Source: an uncultured Clostridium sp. (lineage in GTDB: Bacteria; Bacillota; Clostridia; TANB77; CAG-508). Taken from it: 64,000 nucleotides of DNA. The position numbers and the translations under genes were made by a program. Under the pieces are notes generated by a model, which did not search any database, was not told the origin of the DNA, and worked only from the letters and a program-made list of their open reading frames with translations. The DNA lies in assembly GCA_945877035.1 (NCBI GenBank), contig CAMCQH010000002.1:29197-93196 (forward strand), given 5' to 3'. This document shows, piece by piece, positions 1 to 9,178 of the stretch (positions within the stretch are counted from its first letter, which is position 1; every line of letters begins with the position of its first letter).

Positions 1-140
1 TTTGTCTCATATTTTTGTTGTTTTTTGTCGATTTGCAATCTATTTATATTATACATTAATTGTAGAGGTTTAGCAAGAATTTTTAAATATTTGCATATTC
101 GATTTGAAAAATTATGTAAAATATGTTATACTATTCATAG

Positions 141-173
141 TTGACAATGTTCACAAATTTTAAAAATTGGAGG
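141..173 (+). promoter_or_regulatory. sigma-A-like promoter plus RBS for lipoprotein gene: TTGACA at 141-146, TAAAAAT near 161-167, GGAGG at 169-173
   Basis: Motifs read directly upstream of the ATG at 181. Confidence 0.4.
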
Positions 174-180
174 TATCTTT

Positions 181-498
181 ATGAGAAAACGGACATTAAT
201 TTTACTGGTACTGGTTGCATTATTAACTTGCACATTAACTGCATGTGGTAGTACATATGTCGATGATGTAGACAAATCTGCTATTGAGACGTCAAATTTT
301 ATAACCATCGATAGTGATAAATCTTTAGTCTACAATTTAGATACTAGAGTTGTCTACTATATGTTCAGCACATCTAAAGTTGTGGTAAATGCAGGATTTG
401 GCTATTCATATTTTGCACCTTATATCAGTGAAAACGGTAAATTCTGTCGATACATCAATGATGAAATCGTTGAAATTACCTCAGAGGAAATCCAATAA
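181..498 (+). CDS. small lipoprotein (signal peptide with lipobox LTAC)
   Basis: N-terminal MRKRTLILLVLVALLTCTLTAC fits a type II signal peptide with lipobox Cys; GGAGG RBS 8 nt upstream. Confidence 0.6.
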   Translation: MRKRTLILLVLVALLTCTLTACGSTYVDDVDKSAIETSNFITIDSDKSLVYNLDTRVVYYMFSTSKVVVNAGFGYSYFAPYISENGKFCRYINDEIVEITSEEIQ

Positions 499-546
499 TG
501 AATAAAGGAGCTGGATTGTTATTACATCTAGCTCCTTATTCTTTTT

Positions 547-2682
547 TTATTCTTCTACTTCTTTTTTATCTTCCTCTTTATCCTCAGATAAAATAGCAGT
601 TAAATTAATTCTACCTTGGTCATCAATATCAAGAACTTTAACAGTAACTTTATCTCCAACTTTAAGAACATCTTCAACTTTCTTAATTCTTTCTTTAGAA
701 ATTTTAGAAATATGAAGTAAACCTTCTTTTCCGTTAACTCCTAAGTCTACAAAAGCTCCGAATGTTGTTGTTCTTGTAACTTCACCATAGTAAATTTCTC
801 CAACTTCTACTTCTCTTACGATATCTTCTATCATTTCTAAAGCTTGGTTTGCTTTTTCTGAGTTCTCTGAATAAATAAATACTTGTCCATCTTCTTTGAT
901 GTCGATTTTAACTCCTGTTGCATCTATTATTTTATTTATTGTTTCTCCACCTTTTCCGATAACATCTTTTATTTTTTCTACTTTGATTTTTGTATTTACT
1001 ATTTTTGGTGCATATTTTGATATTTCTTTTCTAGGTTCTGCTATTACTGGTGCCATTATATCATCTAAAATATGTTTTCTAGCAACTCTTGTTCTTTCAA
1101 AAGCTTCTTTGATTATATCATATGATAATCCATCAACTTTTATATCAACTTGTATAGCTGTTATACCTTTTTCAGTTCCACCAACTTTAAAGTCCATATC
1201 TCCGAAGAAGTCTTCTATTCCTTGGATATCTGTTAACATTACATAGTCATTTTCATCATCTGGATTTGTTACAAGTCCTGTTGAAATACCCGCAACTGGT
1301 CTTTTAATTGGTACACCTGCTGCCATTAAGCTTAATGTGCTTCCACATATACTTGCTTGTGATGTTGAACCATTTGAAGATAATACTTCTGATACAACTC
1401 TTATTGCATATGGGAATTCTTCAACTGATGGTAATACTGGAACTAATGCTTTTTCAGCTAAAGCTCCGTGTCCTATTTCTCTTCTTCCTGGTCCTCTTGA
1501 TGGTCTTGCTTCACCTACGCTGTAGCTTGGGAAGTTATATTGATGCATATATCTTTTTGATGTTTCTGTATCAATTCCATCTAATTCTTGTTCTTCTGAT
1601 TCCATTCCTAATGTTGTAACTGAAAGTACTTGAGTTTGTCCTCTTGTAAATAATGCACTTCCATGAACTCTTGGTAATAAATCAACTTCACATGATAATG
1701 GTCTTATTTCATCTAATGCTCTTCCATCAACTCTTTTATGTTCAAAGAAAATCATATTTCTTACACATTTTTTCTCTAATTTATAAATAGCTTCTCCAAT
1801 ATCAGATTTATGTTCTTCAGCTGCTTCTTCTCCGAATTTTTCAGCATAAGCTGTTGCTATTTTTTCTGATACTGCTGATACATTGTTGTCTCTTGTTTCT
1901 TTATCTGCTTCTTGAAGTGCTTGTTTTACATCTTCTTCAAAGTTTGTTTCTATATATTCATATACATCATGGTCAACTGCAAATGATTTATATTCAAATT
2001 TTGGTTTTCCAATTTCTTCTTTCATTTTTTCAATGAATTTGCATATTTTCTTAATTTCAACATGTCCAGCTTTTATAGCTTCTAACATAACATCATCTGG
2101 TATTTCATTTGCTCCTGCTTCAATCATAGCAATTTTACCTTCAGTTCCTGCAACTGTTAATGTTAAGTCAGATACTTTTCTTTGTTCTTCTGTTGGGTTA
2201 ATTATAATTTTTCCATCAACTAATCCTACATTTACTGCTGCTGTTGGTCCACCAAATGGTATATCAGAAATTGATAATGCTGCTGAAGCACCTATCATTG
2301 CTGCTACTTCTGGTGAATTGTCTTGATCAACTGAAAGAACTGTACAAACAACTACTACATCATTTCTAAAATCTTTTGGGAATAGTGGTCTTAAAGGTCT
2401 ATCTATTGCTCTTGATGTAAGTATTGCTTTGTCACTTGGTTTTCCTTCTCTTTTTTGGAATGACCCTGGTATTTTTCCAACTGCATATAGTTTTTCTTCA
2501 TAGTCTACTGACAATGGGAAAAAGTCAATTCCATCTTTTGGTTCTTTTGATGCTGTAACATTTACCATTACAACTGTGTCTCCATATCTAACTAAGACAC
2601 TTCCATTTGCTAATCCTGCCATTTTACCTGTTTCAATTACAAGTTTTCTTCCTGCTAATTCTGTTTCATAAGTTTTAAACAT
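547..2682 (-). CDS. pnp: polynucleotide phosphorylase (PNPase)
   Basis: Translation MFKTYETELAGRKLVIETGKMA... with RNase PH domains, KH and S1 C-terminus. Start chosen at the internal Met with GGAGAAG RBS; the track ORF extends to 2781 but lacks an SD. Confidence 0.92.
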   Translation of the reverse strand: MFKTYETELAGRKLVIETGKMAGLANGSVLVRYGDTVVMVNVTASKEPKDGIDFFPLSVDYEEKLYAVGKIPGSFQKREGKPSDKAILTSRAIDRPLRPLFPKDFRNDVVVVCTVLSVDQDNSPEVAAMIGASAALSISDIPFGGPTAAVNVGLVDGKIIINPTEEQRKVSDLTLTVAGTEGKIAMIEAGANEIPDDVMLEAIKAGHVEIKKICKFIEKMKEEIGKPKFEYKSFAVDHDVYEYIETNFEEDVKQALQEADKETRDNNVSAVSEKIATAYAEKFGEEAAEEHKSDIGEAIYKLEKKCVRNMIFFEHKRVDGRALDEIRPLSCEVDLLPRVHGSALFTRGQTQVLSVTTLGMESEEQELDGIDTETSKRYMHQYNFPSYSVGEARPSRGPGRREIGHGALAEKALVPVLPSVEEFPYAIRVVSEVLSSNGSTSQASICGSTLSLMAAGVPIKRPVAGISTGLVTNPDDENDYVMLTDIQGIEDFFGDMDFKVGGTEKGITAIQVDIKVDGLSYDIIKEAFERTRVARKHILDDIMAPVIAEPRKEISKYAPKIVNTKIKVEKIKDVIGKGGETINKIIDATGVKIDIKEDGQVFIYSENSEKANQALEMIEDIVREVEVGEIYYGEVTRTTTFGAFVDLGVNGKEGLLHISKISKERIKKVEDVLKVGDKVTVKVLDIDDQGRINLTAILSEDKEEDKKEVEE

Positions 2683-2759
2683 ATTATCTTCTCCTTTTTC
2701 TTCTTTTTTGCACCATTTTTTAATAAATTCAAACATATTTTGTCCTCCTTTAAGAAAAT

Positions 2760-2857
2760 GAGGGATAAAAGGGTCCAGCACAAAAAATCCCTTATAATTA
2801 TTTTTTTATTTTATTTTTAAACGAGGGATTTTTGGTGCTGGACCCTTTTATCCCTCG
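2760..2857 (-). promoter_or_regulatory. pnp leader with a 33-nt near-perfect inverted repeat (2760-2792 / 2825-2857) and nested AGGGAT/ATCCCT sub-hairpins
   Basis: Arms differ at one position. Located between rpsO and pnp, where PNPase autoregulatory RNase III stem-loops are known. Confidence 0.5.
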
Positions 2858-2945
2858 TTTTTTAGCCTAATTTAGATTGTAACCTCTATAATATTCTAGA
2901 TTTTTCTAGTACATTATACAAGCTACTTACCTAAATTTATGGCTA

Positions 2946-2983
2946 ATGTCCCAAAAGGGACGGTTCTTTCTGGGACATTTTTG
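2946..2983. terminator. hairpin ATGTCCCAAAAGGGACGGTTCTTTCTGGGACAT followed by a T-run, downstream of rpsO; member of the GGGACG-core palindrome family
   Basis: Stem ATGTCCCA/TGGGACAT plus T5 seen in sequence. Confidence 0.5.
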
Positions 2984-3047
2984 CAATTCCAATTTCTCAC
3001 AAAAAGCCTATGTCAAATCTTTTGTTTGCATAGGCTCTTATATGAAA

Positions 3048-3311
3048 TTATTTTCTTAATCCTAATTTTTCAACGATGTCTCTATATCTTTGAACATCTT
3101 TTTTAGCTAAATAGTTTAGTAAATTTCTTCTTTTACCAACCATTTTTAATAATCCTCTTCTTGAATGATTATCTTTAACATGTACTTTTAAATGTTCTGT
3201 TAATTCATTAATTCTTTCTGTTAAAAGAGCTATTTGTACTTCTGATGAACCTGTATCTTTTTCTTCTCTTTTATAAGTATTAATGATTTCTTGTTTTCTT
3301 TCCTTTGTCAT
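3048..3311 (-). CDS. rpsO: 30S ribosomal protein S15
   Basis: 87-aa translation matches the S15 family (…[29 protein letters not shown]…). Confidence 0.93.
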   Translation of the reverse strand: MTKERKQEIINTYKREEKDTGSSEVQIALLTERINELTEHLKVHVKDNHSRRGLLKMVGKRRNLLNYLAKKDVQRYRDIVEKLGLRK

Positions 3312-3571
3312 GTTTACACCTCCTAAATTTATTTTATATCCTTTAACTGAGCTTTTAGTTTTGGTGCTTTGCTTGAAAGCTAAGTAAAAGGTTTTACTTG
3401 AATAGTATACTACATTTTTTAAGAATTATCAAGTTTTTTTGGAAAATTTTACTATTTTCTTCGGAATATAAATATTTGTTCAATACTTCCTTATCTTCTA
3501 CTAGATGAAAATTGCTAATAAAATTCAAAAAATCAATTTATTAGCCCTGTTGGTAGACATACAAGAAAGAA

Positions 3572-3612
3572 GCCTAATCATACAGTTGTATAATTAGGCT
3601 TAAAAGTATTAA
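3572..3612. terminator. rho-independent terminator downstream of the PIN gene (AAGCCTAAT…ATTAGGCTT, then a U-rich run on the minus strand)
   Basis: Hairpin seen in sequence. Confidence 0.45.
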
Positions 3613-3645
3613 TAGAAATGTCTAGTTTAGAATAAATTGAGAATC

Positions 3646-4740
3646 TTATAAATCATGTTTAACTTTAAAATTTTTAATAAACGCTTTGTATGAAGCTTTT
3701 AGCAGATCAATGTCCTTGTAATCATAGATTCTTTTTGAATAGATCATTTCACAATTATTTTCAGAATACAAGGAAATTATCTTATAATGTGCAAAAGTTA
3801 TATAGTCTGGTTTCTTTGTAGCAATGTAAACATCATCACCTATTTTCAGTTCTCTTACTCCATCTTCATATTCTATTCCGTTAGAACAAACACGAATTGA
3901 TTTAGTATCAGTTTGAAATTCAGAGATAAGTAATTGATCTCCAATTCTTCTTGCAGAAAATAAAGTCATTATTTTAGAATTACTACTCTTTTTATTTCCA
4001 TTATTAGTTATAATATTAGTCTGTTTCAAGTAACGAACTTGTACTTCATGCATTCTAGCTTTTAAAGCCATCGTTTTGTCAGATGTAAGCAGAATTATGC
4101 CTTTTTTATTCTCTGAACAATACTGAATAATGCAATCATCTGGAGTATCGTAAGTCTCATCAATTAAGATATTTTCAAAGATCTCCTCATTTTCAGCAGC
4201 TAAAGCTAAAATATATCTAGCATCTGCCCCTTTAATACCAGTCATTATTTGCATTTTCTCTAACTCATTTATTGTGATACTTGTCAGAATAATTTTTGAC
4301 TTTGTGTTAAAGATTTCTGAAAGAATATTTCTCAAATCTTTAACACCTGTTATCGAAGCATCAATAACAAATCCTTCAGCACTCTTTTTAGGTATCTCTC
4401 CTGTTAAACTATGATCTTCTTCTTTGTCTGATTGTGATCTTTTTTCTTTTTTATTTAGCTTTTTTTCTGCTCTTAATTTAGCTTTTTCTTCTGCTTTCGC
4501 TAAAGTTTCCGCTTCTTTTTGCCTTTTCCTTTCATCTTTAGCATTTTGCTTATTCAATGCTATCTGCTCTTTAAGTTTCTTAAAAACAATAGGATGTTTT
4601 GACATAGTAGTCTTAATTTTCTCATACGACAAATTTGTCATTCTTTCAAGTTCTCTAATACTTGTCGCTATTTCGCCAGCTTCTCTAATCCGTTTAAAAT
4701 CCTTTTCGATCTCTTTTGGTGTCCTTTTAGTGCTTACCAT
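3646..4740 (-). CDS. PIN-domain protein with N-terminal HTH-like region, Lys/Glu-rich linker and C-terminal beta-rich (TRAM-like?) domain; putative RNase
   Basis: PIN acidic residues in VIDASI…INELEKM…ILLTSDKTMALKAR; a coiled-coil KEAETLAKAEEKAKLRAEKK segment. Confidence 0.5.
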   Translation of the reverse strand: MVSTKRTPKEIEKDFKRIREAGEIATSIRELERMTNLSYEKIKTTMSKHPIVFKKLKEQIALNKQNAKDERKRQKEAETLAKAEEKAKLRAEKKLNKKEKRSQSDKEEDHSLTGEIPKKSAEGFVIDASITGVKDLRNILSEIFNTKSKIILTSITINELEKMQIMTGIKGADARYILALAAENEEIFENILIDETYDTPDDCIIQYCSENKKGIILLTSDKTMALKARMHEVQVRYLKQTNIITNNGNKKSSNSKIMTLFSARRIGDQLLISEFQTDTKSIRVCSNGIEYEDGVRELKIGDDVYIATKKPDYITFAHYKIISLYSENNCEMIYSKRIYDYKDIDLLKASYKAFIKNFKVKHDL

Positions 4741-4985
4741 AATAAGTTCCTCCTTTTGATGTGATTCTGTGGTTAAAAGATTTATAATTTGCTAATTCTA
4801 AAACTATCTCTCCTTTCTTTTCTCTATACGAGTTTTTTAATTGTTTTACATAAAAACGTTCTTTACTACTATAACATAATTCCAGACATTTGTAAACCTT
4901 TTTCAATATTCTGTAATTATTTTATGAAATTACCATGAATATTCTAGCCATTTGAACTCCTAATTCAGATGCCATCATTAGTCTA

Positions 4986-5687
4986 TTAATTTTTTGTTTT
5001 TTGCACTCCTATATTTTGTAGAAAATCACAAACAACATCAACTGTATTATCAATTTGTTTTTCTAGTTCCTCTATTGTAAATACTTGCATTTCTTGACTT
5101 TGATTCATTGCATCAATTTTCGTTTTATTTATATAATCAACAACCTTTTTAACATCATCATCATTTATATTAATATTTCCGATAATATTAGCATTTTGAG
5201 CTACTTCTGAGCTGAATTCCGGCAATTTCATATTATGATTTTTATAAATATATGAACTAAAAATTCCAAAATCTCTTTGTTTATTTGCTCTTAAATCATT
5301 TTTATCCCCTTTTATCAATTCTCCATTTTTATTTATGAAACCAATTAATTTATCATTTTCTTTTACACATTTTCCATTATAAAATATATCATTCCATAAT
5401 GAATCTGTTATTAAATGTGATAAATATCCCATTATTACTGGATTATCTATTTTTTTAGAATACATTTCATAAAAAACTTCATATTCTTTTTTAGTATCTG
5501 GATTATAATTTTCTCCATTTAAATCATAATGGTTTATCTTGTGTGGTTGTATATTTGATATGCCTTTTACCAAAAATCCATCTTGAACATCTGGTAATAT
5601 ATTTCCAAAAAGAAATAAGTTTTCGTCAAGTTTTATTTTTTTTAATATTTTATTTGCAATTAATAAATGTTCTCCCCAATTAGGCAT
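4986..5687 (-). CDS. zinc-dependent phospholipase C-like / metal-dependent hydrolase family protein
   Basis: N-terminal W/H pattern (MPNWGEH) and HLITDSLWN motif resemble the Zn-PLC fold; 17 nt downstream of the Fic gene. Confidence 0.35.
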   Translation of the reverse strand: MPNWGEHLLIANKILKKIKLDENLFLFGNILPDVQDGFLVKGISNIQPHKINHYDLNGENYNPDTKKEYEVFYEMYSKKIDNPVIMGYLSHLITDSLWNDIFYNGKCVKENDKLIGFINKNGELIKGDKNDLRANKQRDFGIFSSYIYKNHNMKLPEFSSEVAQNANIIGNININDDDVKKVVDYINKTKIDAMNQSQEMQVFTIEELEKQIDNTVDVVCDFLQNIGVQKTKN

Positions 5688-5704
5688 TATGTATCCTCCT
5701 CATT

Positions 5705-6451
5705 TTAGCTAATAGTTCTTATTATTTTGTTTATTTCATCTAATCTTTCTTCTTCTAATTTTTCAATTAGCTCCTTAAATGGCTCTAAATTTCCTGTTGT
5801 TGCATACAAATCTAATACATTATAATAATCTAATCTATTTTCAACTTTAATACTAACTGGTAAAAATTCATTTTTCATTAATTGATAATTCATTATTAGT
5901 CTTGATGTTCTACCATTTCCATCTGGAAAAGGATGTATTCTTACAAATTCAGCATGTGTCCATGCAGCAAGTTCTATTTCATCCATTATTTTAGCATTTT
6001 TTTCTAAATCGCTATAAAAAAATCTTAACTGATTATACATTTCATTTGGCGTTGGCGGCGTATGTTTTGCGCCTGTTATTATAACATCTGTATTTCGATA
6101 AATCCCGCCTTGCATTATGTTTTCTGTTAGTATTTCATGTATATCTTTTATTTTATTTTCATCCAAATCTTCTTTTTTTTCAATACATTTTTTAACATGA
6201 TCAAATGCTTTATTGTGATTAATTACTTCGTAAATTTCTCTTAGCTTTTTTCCTCCAATAGATATGTGGTCTTCTAAAACTGTTTTTGTTTCTATTAATG
6301 TTAATGTATTTCCTTCTATTGTTGTTGAATTATATGTAAAATCTATATCAAATGCTTTTTCAATTTTTTCTTTTATTTCAGGGCTTATTTTATTTTTGTT
6401 TTTATTGTAGAATTCTTTTTTTTCTAATAATTCTTTTTTCATTTTTATCAC
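5705..6451 (-). CDS. Fic family protein (AMPylase), class II with N-terminal inhibitory motif
   Basis: Fic motif HPFPDGNGRTSRL; inhibitory S-x-x-x-E-G motif in NSTTIEGN. Confidence 0.85.
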   Translation of the reverse strand: MIKMKKELLEKKEFYNKNKNKISPEIKEKIEKAFDIDFTYNSTTIEGNTLTLIETKTVLEDHISIGGKKLREIYEVINHNKAFDHVKKCIEKKEDLDENKIKDIHEILTENIMQGGIYRNTDVIITGAKHTPPTPNEMYNQLRFFYSDLEKNAKIMDEIELAAWTHAEFVRIHPFPDGNGRTSRLIMNYQLMKNEFLPVSIKVENRLDYYNVLDLYATTGNLEPFKELIEKLEEERLDEINKIIRTIS

Positions 6452-6584
6452 TTGCCTTTCTTGGCTCTTATTTTATCATAGTTGTTGTTTTTGTACAAGA
6501 TTAGAATTAAAATTTTAAAGAAATGAAAACTCTAGCGTACATTGTACGCTGGAGTTTTTCCTAATTAAAAATTGATACTAATTT

Positions 6585-9047
6585 TTACATTTGTTTCATT
6601 TTCCCATCTTCAACAGTAAATTTAGCTAATTTACCTTTATTTAATTTACCATCTAAAATTTCTTCTGCTAATCTATCTTCGACTAAATTTTGAATAGTTC
6701 TTCTTAATGGTCTAGCACCAAAGTTTTTATCAATTCCTTCTTTAGCAATTAATTCTTTAACTTCTGGTTCTAATTCAATATCATATTTTTGTTCTTTTAA
6801 TCTATTTACAACTTCTTTTAACATGATATCTATAATTTGACCAATTTCATTATCATTTAATTTATGGAATACGATAATTTCATCAATACGATTTATAAAT
6901 TCTGGTCTTAGTTCTTTTTTCAATTCTGCCATAACTTCTTTTTTAGTCTCTTCGTATTCTTTTTGCACGTCTTCTGCTTTACTATCTGCTGAATTTGTAA
7001 ATCCTAAATGTTTTTTATCTGTAATTAATCTTGCTCCTAAATTTGATGTCATTATTATTACTGTATTTTTGAAATTTACTGTTCTTCCTTGGCTGTCTGT
7101 TAATCTTCCATCTTCTAGAATTTGTAGTAACATATTCATAACATCTGGATGTGCTTTTTCAATTTCATCAAATAATATTACAGAATATGGTTTTCTTCTT
7201 ATTTTTTCTGTTAGTTGACCTCCTTCATCAAATCCTACATATCCTGGAGGTGAACCTATTAATTTAGATACAGAATGTGGTTCCATAAATTCTGACATAT
7301 CTACTCTGACTATTGCATTTTCATCGCCAAATAGTACTTCTGCCAATGCTTTTGAAAGTTCTGTTTTTCCTACACCTGTTGGTCCTAAAAATAGGAATGA
7401 ACCTATTGGTCTATTTGGGTCTTTTAATCCTACTCTTCCTCTTCTTATCGCCTTGCTTACTGCTTCAACAGCTTCATTTTGACCTACTACTCTTTTATGC
7501 AATTCTGTTTCTAAATTTTTTAATTTTTCATTTTCGTCTTCAGTTATTTTTTTAGCTGGAATACCTGTCCAACTTGCTATAACTTCAGCAATATTTTCTT
7601 CTGTTATTGTTACTATTGATTTTGTATTTTTATTTTTCCATTTATTTTGTTCTTTTTCAAATTCTTCTTTTAATGCTTTTTCTTTATCTCTTAATTCAGC
7701 TGCTTTTTCAAATTTTTGATTTATAACAGCTTCTTCTTTCTCATTTTTTATTTTTTCAATATCTTCTTGCATTTGTTTTAAACTATCAGGCTCTGTAAAT
7801 GTTTTTAATCTTGCACTAGATGCTGCTTCATCTATTAAATCTATTGCTTTATCTGGTAAGAATCTATCATTTACATATCTAACAGATAATTTAACTGCTG
7901 CCTCTATTGCTTCATCTGTAATTTTAACATTATGATGTGCTTCATATTTGTCTCTAATTCCTTTTAAAATTAGAACAGTATTTTTTTCTGATGGCTCATT
8001 TACAATAACTGTGCTGAATCTTCTTTCCAAGGCTGCATCTTTTTCAATATATTTTCTATATTCATTTAAAGTAGTTGCCCCAACTAATTGAATTTCCCCT
8101 CTTGCAAGCATTGGCTTTAAAATATTTGCTGCATCAATTGCACCTTCTGCTGCACCTGCGCCAACTATTGTATGAATTTCATCTATGAAAAGAATTACAT
8201 CTCCGGCTTTTTTTACTTCATTTAATGCCTTTTTAATTCTTTCTTCAAAATCGCCTCTATATTTTGCTCCTGCTACCATTCCTGAAATATCAAGTGTTAC
8301 AACTCTTTTATCTTTTAATACTTCTGGAACATCTCCTGAAACTATTTTTTGAGCTAAACCTTCAACTGCTGCTGTTTTACCAACACCAGGCTCTCCTATT
8401 AAACAAGGATTATTTTTAGTTCTTCTAGATAAAATTTGAATAACTCTTTCAATTTCTTCTTTTCTACCTATAATTGGGTCAAGTTTACCTTCTTCTGCTT
8501 TTTTAGTTAAATCTTCTCCAAATTGATTTAAAGTTGGAGTTTGATTATAACTTCCTTTACCTCTTCTTTTTGCACTATTTGAAGTACTTGAAGAATCATC
8601 ATTTTGATAATCTTCGCCTTCATTTATTACTTTAATAATTTCATTATATAGCTTTGGAATATTTACATTTAAATCTAGCAAAATTTTAGCAGCTATACAG
8701 TCACCTTCTCTTAATATTCCTATTAAAAGATGTTCTGTTCCTATGAAATTATATCCTAATTTTCTAGCCTCTATAAATGCTGACTCTACAACTCTTTTAG
8801 TTCTTGGTGTAAAATCAACTATATTTTCTATTGGCTCATCTCTGCCTATTAGTTCTTCTATTTTATTTAAAACATCTTCTGCTGTAACTTGTTGATTTTC
8901 TAAAACTTTTGAAGCAACTCCACCACCTTCTTTAGCTAGTCCATATAATATATGTTCTGTTCCTATGTAGCTGTGTCCTAGCTCTAAAGCGATGTCGTTT
9001 GCAATTTCAATTGCTTTGTTTGCTCTATTTGTAAATTTGTATGTCAT
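6585..9047 (-). CDS. clpC: ATP-dependent Clp protease ATP-binding subunit ClpC
   Basis: Two AAA+ modules, an N-terminal Clp repeat and a UVR-like middle region. Start at the Met with GGAGTG RBS (MTYKFTNRANKAIE…). Confidence 0.92.
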   Translation of the reverse strand: MTYKFTNRANKAIEIANDIALELGHSYIGTEHILYGLAKEGGGVASKVLENQQVTAEDVLNKIEELIGRDEPIENIVDFTPRTKRVVESAFIEARKLGYNFIGTEHLLIGILREGDCIAAKILLDLNVNIPKLYNEIIKVINEGEDYQNDDSSSTSNSAKRRGKGSYNQTPTLNQFGEDLTKKAEEGKLDPIIGRKEEIERVIQILSRRTKNNPCLIGEPGVGKTAAVEGLAQKIVSGDVPEVLKDKRVVTLDISGMVAGAKYRGDFEERIKKALNEVKKAGDVILFIDEIHTIVGAGAAEGAIDAANILKPMLARGEIQLVGATTLNEYRKYIEKDAALERRFSTVIVNEPSEKNTVLILKGIRDKYEAHHNVKITDEAIEAAVKLSVRYVNDRFLPDKAIDLIDEAASSARLKTFTEPDSLKQMQEDIEKIKNEKEEAVINQKFEKAAELRDKEKALKEEFEKEQNKWKNKNTKSIVTITEENIAEVIASWTGIPAKKITEDENEKLKNLETELHKRVVGQNEAVEAVSKAIRRGRVGLKDPNRPIGSFLFLGPTGVGKTELSKALAEVLFGDENAIVRVDMSEFMEPHSVSKLIGSPPGYVGFDEGGQLTEKIRRKPYSVILFDEIEKAHPDVMNMLLQILEDGRLTDSQGRTVNFKNTVIIMTSNLGARLITDKKHLGFTNSADSKAEDVQKEYEETKKEVMAELKKELRPEFINRIDEIIVFHKLNDNEIGQIIDIMLKEVVNRLKEQKYDIELEPEVKELIAKEGIDKNFGARPLRRTIQNLVEDRLAEEILDGKLNKGKLAKFTVEDGKMKQM

Positions 9048-9063
9048 TTTTATCACTCCTCTC

Positions 9064-9178
9064 GTGTCCAAAAAGGGACGTTTCTTTTTGGACAAAATGT
9101 CCATTTGGGACATATCTTAAAATAAGAACGGGGAATTTTGGACAAAATGTCCAAAAAGAAACGTCCCCTTTGGACATC
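9064..9178. repeat. complex nested palindromic element in the mcsB-clpC spacer (GTCCAAAAAG, TTGGACAAAATGTCCA x2, AAGGGACGTTTC / GAAACGTCCCCTT)
   Basis: Four hairpins and direct or inverted sub-repeats read directly from sequence; same family as other GGGACG-core hairpins. Confidence 0.6.

Noticed and set aside
896-2326. Several plus-strand ORFs (896-1246, 1308-1619, 1337-1525, 1854-2036, 2033-2326) inside pnp
   Set aside because: Antisense shadow ORFs with low-complexity Leu/Phe/Ile-rich translations inside a well-supported pnp gene.
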